Position numbers and translations under genes: made by a program. A stretch of 64,000 nucleotides of DNA from assembly GCA_963787255.1 (NCBI GenBank), contig CAWBCJ010000029.1, positions 96,001 through 160,000 on the forward strand, given 5' to 3'. Source of the DNA: Methanobacteriota archaeon. GTDB lineage: Archaea > Methanobacteriota > Methanobacteria > Methanobacteriales > Methanobacteriaceae. Below the pieces are notes generated by a model. The model was not told the DNA's origin. It saw only the letters and a list, made by a program, of their open reading frames with translations, and ran no database searches. Positions 56,652 to 64,000 of the stretch are shown piece by piece. The first letter of the stretch is position 1, and each line of letters opens with the position of its first letter.

Positions 56652-56972
56652 ATGAGTGATATGATTGGAAATGTGTTAAAGACTGTAGATTTAATAGAGT
56701 ACCAGGAAGGCTCTGTAGTGAGTCGAGAAATTATAAGAAAAGATACTGGCACTGTAACCATCTTTGCTTTTGATAAGGGTGAAGGTTTAAGTGAACACAC
56801 AGCACCGTTTGATGCAATGGTTCAAATTGTTGATGGTAAGGCAGAAATAATAATTTCAGGCAATAAAAACGTGCTTGAAAAAGGTGAAATGATTATAATG
56901 CCTGCAAACGAGCCCCATGCTCTTAAAGCGCTGGAAAAATACAAGATGGTTCTGACCATGATAAGGTCATAA
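56652..56972 (+). CDS. Cupin domain protein
   Basis: FAFDKGEGLSEHTAPFDA, MPANEPHAL. Confidence 0.88.
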   Translation: MSDMIGNVLKTVDLIEYQEGSVVSREIIRKDTGTVTIFAFDKGEGLSEHTAPFDAMVQIVDGKAEIIISGNKNVLEKGEMIIMPANEPHALKALEKYKMVLTMIRS

Positions 56973-57270
56973 ATCATTTTATTTTAGCTATAAAATTAAC
57001 AGAATTTCCATATATTCACATTTCTTATACTTTAAATTTAGCTGTTCATTTTCAAGGGAAAATTCCTTAAGTAACTGGAGAAAAGCTTCTCAGAAATTTC
57101 CATTTCCCTGCTTTTTAGTGATTTCCATCAATTTTTTAATCTTTAAAACTAGCTTAATTATTATCTTCCTTTAATTCCTAGAAAAATTTATTAAATCTTC
57201 TTAATTTGATTTAAAATAAATTATTAAAACTCATCTAAAAACAATAGAAAAAAAATTTCAATATCTAAAT

Positions 57271-57549
57271 TTATTCTGATTCCTTGATTTCCCTTATAAG
57301 TTCATAGTAAAAATTCATGAATTCGTTAATATGTGCTCTAATGTATCCAATATCATCATATTGTTCTTTTGAAGGGTCTAATCTTAGTACAACGAATAAA
57401 TTTAGCTTTTTATTATCATCAATGAATGCATTTTCATTATATTTGGTCAATTTACTTTCAATCTCGTTTTTCCATTCTTCAGGGGATACATTATCTATAA
57501 AACAGAGATCCAGTCCTTCTTCACCATAACAACCAAGATATTCTAACAT
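57271..57549 (-). CDS. Hypothetical protein
   Basis: 92-aa ORF with normal composition; no recognised motif. Confidence 0.45.
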   Translation of the reverse strand: MLEYLGCYGEEGLDLCFIDNVSPEEWKNEIESKLTKYNENAFIDDNKKLNLFVVLRLDPSKEQYDDIGYIRAHINEFMNFYYELIREIKESE

Positions 57550-57695
57550 ACCTTGTTATATGTTTTTTATTACTATTATATTTTTATTACATATATTGCT
57601 GGTTATGATAATCCATTTAAATAAAAAATAATTGATCTAATAAAATCTCTAGTAATTTAGACTACCCTAACACAAATAAAATAAAAAAAGAAAAT

Positions 57696-58985
57696 CTAAT
57701 CCTCTAAAACTCTTATAAATAGAGTGTCATTTTTTACAAAATTGAGGGCATTTATTTCTTTTACTGCATTCTGCATATTTCTTTCTAATGCTTCATGCAT
57801 TACCATGAAAATTGGAACTTCAGGCGCTTCATCTTCTTTTTTCTGGCTCATTGATTCAATACTAATATCATATTTACTTAAAATACCTGATATTGTATGT
57901 AAAACTCCAGGTTTATCAACTGCAGTAAGACGCAAGTAATATTTCGATTTTATATCTTCAATGTTCTTTATTCGCTTAACTTCAGTAGTACCTGGACCAT
58001 AAATGTTATGGCGCTCCATATTTTCCATTATATCCAGGCAATCTCCAACTACAGCACTTGCTGTAGGCATCATTCCTGCTCCCTGACCATACATCATAAC
58101 AGGACCAACAATATCCCCAACAAGGTATACACCATTAAATACATCATTAACAGATGCTAAAAGATGATCTTGAGGTATCAATGTTGGGTGAACCATTACT
58201 TCAAGTTCTCCTTCTTCAATTCTTGAAATAGCCAGTAATTTAATTGAATAACCCATTTCATTTTTTATAAATTCAATATCTTCCTGTTTAATCTTGCTTA
58301 TTCCTTCAACATGGAAATTATCCTGCTTTACATAAATTCCAAAGCCCAATATAGTAAGTATAATCAATTTCTGTGCAGTGTCATGCCCTTCAATGTCAAA
58401 TGTTGGGTCCTGTTCAGCATATCCCTTTTCCTGAGCCTCTTCCAACACTTCTTCAAAATCAAGACCTTCATCAGTCATTTTAGTTAAAATGTAATTTGCA
58501 GTACCGTTTATTATACCATAAATTGATTGAATACGATTCGCGCCTAAACTTTCATTTAATGGCTGAAGTAAAGGAATACCTCCACCTACACTTGCCTCGA
58601 AGCAAATTCTGACATTATTATCATTTGCTGTTTGCAAGATTTCATCCCAGTGTTTGGCAAGCAGTGCTTTATTTGCAGTTACTACGTGCTTTCCGTTAGA
58701 CATTGCCTTTAAAATAAATGTTTTTGCAGGTTCGTAACCTCCAATAAGCTCTATTACAATATCAATCTCGGGATCTTCCAAAATATCATTTATATCAGTT
58801 GATAAAACATTTTTATCGACTTCAACACCCCTATCTGTTTCTATGTCCAGATCAACTATTTTTTTAAGCTTAATTTTTGCGTTTATTTTCTGTTCCATGA
58901 GTTCCAGATTACGATTAAATGTTTCAACAACTCCAGATCCTATTGTACCGAAACCTATAAGTCCTATATTGTAAATATCCTTCAT
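57696..58985 (-). CDS. hom: Homoserine dehydrogenase with C-terminal ACT domain
   Basis: [51 protein letters not shown]. Confidence 0.95.
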   Translation of the reverse strand: MKDIYNIGLIGFGTIGSGVVETFNRNLELMEQKINAKIKLKKIVDLDIETDRGVEVDKNVLSTDINDILEDPEIDIVIELIGGYEPAKTFILKAMSNGKHVVTANKALLAKHWDEILQTANDNNVRICFEASVGGGIPLLQPLNESLGANRIQSIYGIINGTANYILTKMTDEGLDFEEVLEEAQEKGYAEQDPTFDIEGHDTAQKLIILTILGFGIYVKQDNFHVEGISKIKQEDIEFIKNEMGYSIKLLAISRIEEGELEVMVHPTLIPQDHLLASVNDVFNGVYLVGDIVGPVMMYGQGAGMMPTASAVVGDCLDIMENMERHNIYGPGTTEVKRIKNIEDIKSKYYLRLTAVDKPGVLHTISGILSKYDISIESMSQKKEDEAPEVPIFMVMHEALERNMQNAVKEINALNFVKNDTLFIRVLED

Positions 58986-59075
58986 TTAATGCCTCCTTAA
59001 GAAGATAAATAATTTAAAATCATTATAATCAATATTATGTCTTTAAATAATATCAATTGTTATTTTATAACTTTT

Positions 59076-60107
59076 TTAAAATCTTTCCTTTAATTTTATA
59101 TATTCGTCTATTGATTCTCTTGTTGTGCCAACTACAATCCTATATCGGCTATTTCGACCTGTAACTTTTTCCAATTTACCTTTTGCGATTATTTCCTCTC
59201 CTTCTCTGGCCTGTCCTGAATAAGTATGAGTATATGATGCAATTTCAGTAATATCAACATTTTTACCTTCTAAAATGTTTACCTCTTCAATTTTATATAC
59301 TGCAGGGTTATCAAAAGCTGCCAGTGCATCTTTTACTCTGCATTCAACCATTGCAGTGCCCATAGATTCAAATTTTTCATCACCATACTTTCCTTTAATT
59401 TCATCCCAGTCCCTGGTGGCAAGAATATCAAATAAAACCCCTTTAAAGACTCCTCGATTATTTTTACGCTTTTCATACCATTGGAACTCTTCATAACTTA
59501 AAGAAGTATCTTTAATCCTTTTTTCATACAAATGAGCCCAGTATTCGTCACTTATACTTTTTAAATCACTCTTATCTTTAATTTCGCCGAATTTTTCCCG
59601 TGCTTTCCTATGATTATTAAGTCCATATATCACAAAATCTAAATCAGAAACCTTGGGATCATATAAACCAGGTAAAATTGAGCCAGAAATTCCCATTTTA
59701 GAATAAGGAATATCTGCTTGATTATGAAAAATATCAGCCAGCATTACAACTTTTTTTAGTAAATCTTCGTTGTTAAAATTATTTATTATTTCTTTAAGGC
59801 GTTCATCTGGGCGTAATATTTCTTTCACCTTATTTAACGGCACGCCCATCATTTTAACCCCCGTAATATCACAATCATATAGATATTCAGGATGTTTACT
59901 GCTTAAAAACTCGTATGCCTGCTTTGAATCTACCTTTGTATATTTTCTACCATTTTTTGACCTTTCTCCCTTTTCATCAGGAACATATCTCAAAAATGAG
60001 AGTATTCTATCTTCAGGATGAAGATAAGATGTTGTAGCGAAGTATAAATCATCATCAGTGTATATGAAATCTCTGGTACGGGCTTTCATAAATTTATTTA
60101 ACTGCAC
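59076..60107 (-). CDS. Archaeal nucleotidyltransferase (Pol beta superfamily)
   Basis: GISGSIL......SDLDFVIYG motif. Confidence 0.75.
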   Translation of the reverse strand: MQLNKFMKARTRDFIYTDDDLYFATTSYLHPEDRILSFLRYVPDEKGERSKNGRKYTKVDSKQAYEFLSSKHPEYLYDCDITGVKMMGVPLNKVKEILRPDERLKEIINNFNNEDLLKKVVMLADIFHNQADIPYSKMGISGSILPGLYDPKVSDLDFVIYGLNNHRKAREKFGEIKDKSDLKSISDEYWAHLYEKRIKDTSLSYEEFQWYEKRKNNRGVFKGVLFDILATRDWDEIKGKYGDEKFESMGTAMVECRVKDALAAFDNPAVYKIEEVNILEGKNVDITEIASYTHTYSGQAREGEEIIAKGKLEKVTGRNSRYRIVVGTTRESIDEYIKLKERF

Positions 60108-60182
60108 AGACTATATATATCAAACCATTAGAAGAGGTTGAACAACAATTTATATATGAACAAAAAGTAGTCTTTTAGTGCT

Positions 60183-60590
60183 ATGATAATTTCAAGATTA
60201 AAGCCTGGGGAAGACCTTAAAAAAGGTATTGAAAATATAATTAAACAAAATAAAGTTAAATCAGGCGTTATAATTTGTATAGTTGGAAGTTTAGTTTCTG
60301 CTACATTAAGAATGGCCAATGAAACTTTAAAGACATTTAATGGGCCTTTTGAGATTGTATCTGCCAATGGCACTATAGCAGAAAATGGAATTCATGTTCA
60401 TATTGCTATTTCTGACGTAGAAGGCCCTGTAATTGGAGGACATTTGCGCGAAGGTTGTATAATAAACACTACAGCAGAAATATGCATATTAAAATCAGAT
60501 AAACCCCTTAAGAGAGTATTTGATCCAAAAACAGGTTATAAAGAGCTTGTAAATATTAAAGAAGTGAAAGCATGGAATATAAAAAACTGA
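60183..60590 (+). CDS. PPC/DUF296 domain protein
   Basis: [25 protein letters not shown]...TTAE. Confidence 0.85.
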   Translation: MIISRLKPGEDLKKGIENIIKQNKVKSGVIICIVGSLVSATLRMANETLKTFNGPFEIVSANGTIAENGIHVHIAISDVEGPVIGGHLREGCIINTTAEICILKSDKPLKRVFDPKTGYKELVNIKEVKAWNIKN

Positions 60591-61144
60591 AAGAAAATAT
60601 TCTTTACGATGGAAGCCAGATCGAACCATTTTGGGCTTTAAAAGAATTAAAATTGAAAGGATCAAGCATCATATCATGGATAGGGCCCATGGAAATAAAA
60701 CCTGCCAAGATTATAGATTATGAAGATGTAGGGATTGAAATCAAGTCGGCTGAAATGGTACACTTCATAATAGAACATTTTGATATTCAACCAGCAGACA
60801 TAAAGACTTGTTATCACAGGCAGAGAATACTCGTAATGATAGTTAAAGATATTTTAAGTGAATCAGGAATTCAAACAAATAGAAAAGGCGATGATATTTA
60901 CGTTAATAGCAAAAAACTTAGTGTTTCAATCGCTACATGCTCAAACAGCAGTATGAAAATACATTTCGGAATGAATATCACAAATAAAGGAACTCCTGCA
61001 GATATAGAAACAATAGGACTTTCTGAATGCAGAAAAGACGTTGATGACCAATTTGTTCAAATATTAATTGATAAAATATCCAAAAGTTATATTAATGAAA
61101 TTGGATCTATTGAAGAAGATATAAGCAAGACAAAGGTCTTTTAA
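60572..61144 (+). CDS. DUF366 family protein
   Basis: [24 protein letters not shown]...KLSVSIA, HFGMNI. Confidence 0.8.
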   Translation: MEYKKLKENILYDGSQIEPFWALKELKLKGSSIISWIGPMEIKPAKIIDYEDVGIEIKSAEMVHFIIEHFDIQPADIKTCYHRQRILVMIVKDILSESGIQTNRKGDDIYVNSKKLSVSIATCSNSSMKIHFGMNITNKGTPADIETIGLSECRKDVDDQFVQILIDKISKSYINEIGSIEEDISKTKVF

Positions 61145-61263
61145 ATTTAAAAAAGTTATAGATGAGTTAAAAATATAAATAAACACTAAAAAAAGGAAAT
61201 TAATTCAAAAAAAAGGTTTATCAAGTTTTATATTAACATTTAAATAATTATGAAGGTTTAAAA

Positions 61264-61746
61264 ATGAAAATAGTAATTAATGGAATACATGCTAATTTAA
61301 GATTCTCAGCCGCCCACATGATACCACTCCATGAATCCTGCGGAGGAATACACGGACATTCATACATTGTAGATGTTGAATTCGAAGGTGAAAGAAGTGG
61401 TAAATTCGGATTTGTTGTTGATTTTAAAAATGCGAAAAGTATTGTACGTAAAATTTGTTCAAAACTTGATCACAAGGTTTTAATTCCATCTGAAAGTAAT
61501 GTTATTGAATTCCAAAAACATGGTGATAAGTCCATAGAATTTAGGGTTGGAGAAAAGGAATACATGCTTCCTTTAGAAGATTGCTGTCTTTTACCGCTTA
61601 AATCAACATCTGCCGAGGATCTGGCGGAATACTTTGCCGAGGAAATATTTAAATACTTAGAAGAGACAAATAATAACATCTCAAGTGTCCAGATTTGTGT
61701 TAATGAAGGTATTGGACAAGGCGCCTACTTTCAGAAGACTGTATAG
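61264..61746 (+). CDS. queD: 6-carboxy-5,6,7,8-tetrahydropterin synthase
   Basis: [27 protein letters not shown]. Confidence 0.85.
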   Translation: MKIVINGIHANLRFSAAHMIPLHESCGGIHGHSYIVDVEFEGERSGKFGFVVDFKNAKSIVRKICSKLDHKVLIPSESNVIEFQKHGDKSIEFRVGEKEYMLPLEDCCLLPLKSTSAEDLAEYFAEEIFKYLEETNNNISSVQICVNEGIGQGAYFQKTV

Positions 61747-61749
61747 GAT

Positions 61750-62463
61750 TTGGTGACCGTACAAATGAAAGCTCGCATTAATGAGGTTTTCTCCAGTATT
61801 CAAGGTGAAGGAAAACTAATTGGTAGAAGACAAGTTTTCGTAAGATTCTCTGGATGCAATCTTGAATGTAATTACTGCGATACTCCACTGAGTAGAGATC
61901 CAAATTTTGGCGCTCTTTTTTCAGCCGAAGAGCTATTTAATTCCATAGATAAGTTAATAACTCCTGATTTTCACTCTGTTTCTTTTACAGGAGGAGAGCC
62001 ATTATTACATGCTGATTTTATAAAAGAATTTCTTGAAGAATATAACTTCAACTGTCTTCTAGAAACTAACGGCTCATTACCTCGCCAAATAGAGAAAATA
62101 ACTGGTTTAATTAAATACGCTTCTTTAGACATTAAATTACCAGAACATCATTCAACTTTAGACCATAATAAGCTGTTTAAGAGCGAATTAGAATCACTAA
62201 ATCTATTAATAGATTGGGGAATAAATACATATTGTAAGGTAGTTATACTGCCCTCTACAAAAGTCGACATGATAAGCTCAATAGCTTCAAAGATAAGTGA
62301 TGAAATTTCAGATATCTCAAAACTATCAATGGTAATACAACCCGCAGACCCGCTGAAACAGTGGGAAAAATGCAACAAGCTCTTTGAAATTTCTGAAAAA
62401 GCAGGAGAATACATGGATGTATTAACAATACCACAGGTTCATAAAATTCTTAGAATACGATAG
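61750..62463 (+). CDS. queE: 7-carboxy-7-deazaguanine synthase (radical SAM)
   Basis: [34 protein letters not shown]. Confidence 0.9.
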   Translation: MVTVQMKARINEVFSSIQGEGKLIGRRQVFVRFSGCNLECNYCDTPLSRDPNFGALFSAEELFNSIDKLITPDFHSVSFTGGEPLLHADFIKEFLEEYNFNCLLETNGSLPRQIEKITGLIKYASLDIKLPEHHSTLDHNKLFKSELESLNLLIDWGINTYCKVVILPSTKVDMISSIASKISDEISDISKLSMVIQPADPLKQWEKCNKLFEISEKAGEYMDVLTIPQVHKILRIR

Positions 62464-62474
62464 GAGGTTTAAAA

Positions 62475-63041
62475 ATGGAAATTGAAACAAATGTAACAGT
62501 AAAAGACGCAATGACATCTAGTGTAATTACAGTAAAGCCCGAAAACAGCGTAACTGATGCGGCATTCTTAATGACCCAAAATGAAGTGGGTTGTTTAATA
62601 GTAAAAAGCAATGGCGAACCTGAAGGAATAATTACTGAAAGCGACATAATAAACAAAGTAGTGGCACGAGATATTAAGGCCAGCGAGATAACTGTTGACG
62701 AAATAATGACCAAAAACCTCATAAGAATCGATCCTGGAAGAGAATTGAATGAAGCAGCGCGTTTCATGTCAAAAATGAACATAAGAAGATTGGCTGTCGT
62801 TAAAGATGGTTCACTTACTGGTATATTAACTGCAAAAGACATAATGGCGGTTTCTCCAGAATTGACCGAAATTCTAGTTGAAAATGCAAGAATGGAAAGT
62901 CAAATGGACTATATAGATGAAAAAAGTCCAGTACCTGGAGTTTGTGAGGCATGCGGAAACTTTATGGACTATTTAGACGAAATTGATGGAAAATTTGTCT
63001 GTGATGAATGTAAAGAAGATTTAGAAGGTGATCTTACTTGA
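62475..63041 (+). CDS. CBS-pair protein with C-terminal Zn-ribbon
   Basis: Two CBS repeats; GVCEACG...VCDEC. Confidence 0.85.
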   Translation: MEIETNVTVKDAMTSSVITVKPENSVTDAAFLMTQNEVGCLIVKSNGEPEGIITESDIINKVVARDIKASEITVDEIMTKNLIRIDPGRELNEAARFMSKMNIRRLAVVKDGSLTGILTAKDIMAVSPELTEILVENARMESQMDYIDEKSPVPGVCEACGNFMDYLDEIDGKFVCDECKEDLEGDLT

Positions 63042-63853
63042 ATAAAGTTAAAGATATTATGACACTAAATCCGGTAACAGTTTCTGTAGATACAATTGCA
63101 ACAAAAATTAGATCAATATTAAGAGATAATGATTTTAGAGCCGTTCCTGTAGTAAACGGCTCTCGCCTTGAAGGTATGGTGACTAGAGGAGACATAATAA
63201 ATATTTCTGCAACAAAATCAAATGTTGATGCGCGCGGAATTATGGACCACATTACACTGGACATTACAGAAGACATGGATATATCTGAAGCTGGAAGGAG
63301 ATTGATACATGCAGGAACAGTTCAATCACCGGTAATCAAGTCATCAGAAGATATGCATCTTGTTGGAATGTTAAGTGTTGTTGACATTCTTAAGAAATTT
63401 GTTGATGATGGGAATAATCCCAAATATAAAAAAATAGATGACATTGTAATAAAAGACGTTGTTATCTGTAATTACGATGACTTAATATCCCATGTCTGGA
63501 ATAAAATGGACGATGAGGGATTTTCAGGACTTCCTGTAATTAAAAAGAAGAAATTAATTGGGATAATAACAAGAAAGGATATTATTAATTCAGGAACTGC
63601 TCGAATAGTCAAAGAATCCAATGAAATGAAAGGATCCCCGAAAGTGGAGAGTGTCATGAGGACTCCCCCAATTGTAACTACTTTAGATAAAGAAGTTAAG
63701 GACGTCGCAAAGATTATGGTTGAAAACGACATAGGTAGGTTACCAGTAGTCGAACATCCAGTATACGTCAAAAAAGAGCCAACTAGAGCAAGAGAAGCAG
63801 ATTTAATTGGAATAGTGGCAAGAGAAGACGTTTTGAGGGCGTATATTAATTGA
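63038..63853 (+). CDS. Four-CBS-domain protein
   Basis: Repeated PV/G.(V/I)T..DI CBS motifs. Confidence 0.85.
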   Translation: MNKVKDIMTLNPVTVSVDTIATKIRSILRDNDFRAVPVVNGSRLEGMVTRGDIINISATKSNVDARGIMDHITLDITEDMDISEAGRRLIHAGTVQSPVIKSSEDMHLVGMLSVVDILKKFVDDGNNPKYKKIDDIVIKDVVICNYDDLISHVWNKMDDEGFSGLPVIKKKKLIGIITRKDIINSGTARIVKESNEMKGSPKVESVMRTPPIVTTLDKEVKDVAKIMVENDIGRLPVVEHPVYVKKEPTRAREADLIGIVAREDVLRAYIN

Positions 63854-63933
63854 TTTTGCAAAATTCAGAATTGAAGTATTCACTTTTATTTTTTAGTATA
63901 TTAGTTTATTTCATATTCATGTGAGGTGTACTG

Positions 63934-64000
63934 ATGAGAAGAAAAGAACTAATTAATGTGGTAAAATCTAGAGAAAGAGCTCCACTGGAGTTTGAAACCC
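63934..64000 (+). CDS. Partial CDS at the window end (probably the next CBS protein)
   Basis: GAGGTG RBS then MRRKELINVVKSRERAPLEFET...; the product is inferred from context only. Confidence 0.55.
   Translation, partial: MRRKELINVVKSRERAPLEFET

Noticed and set aside
56985-57128. Minus-strand mini-ORF with an in-frame TGA (MEITKKQGNGNF*EAFLQLL...), considered as selenocysteine readthrough
   Set aside because: No recognisable homology or SECIS, and Methanobacteriales are not known to use Sec; likely chance or a remnant.

Overview
AT-rich archaeal chromosome segment, very probably from a hydrogenotrophic methanogen of the Methanobacteriaceae (Methanobacterium-like). The evidence is ftr, mptA, cofG, an ehbA-P energy-converting hydrogenase operon, GGTGA/GGAGG ribosome-binding sites and an intron-containing tRNA-Trp. 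It also holds tRNA-Cys, trkA/trkH, argG, nnr, hom, queD/queE and CBS proteins. No CRISPR array, rRNA or intact transposase is visible. About 14 genes, including core ones (argG, ehbF, ehbN), are split by 1-nt indels; I read these as sequencing or assembly errors. The most unusual items are: (i) four tandem paralogous ~100-aa C-x12-C helical proteins, three sharing a 65-nt identical DNA core, divergent from a rubredoxin-fused hybrid cluster protein operon; (ii) an MthK-like K+ channel with three tandem NiaR-type 3H domains, divergent from the NAD(P)HX repair enzyme; (iii) an accessory cluster built around a reductase-acyl-CoA synthetase fusion with ElbD-like domain order, with pyruvyltransferase, GMC oxidoreductase, CrtI-like and RdhA/QueG-like neighbours; (iv) a host zinc-ribbon fused to a phage MuF-like domain; (v) a tRNA-Trp intron C/D sRNA whose second guide does not match its own tRNA. 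All protein assignments come from motif recognition by eye, not database searches.
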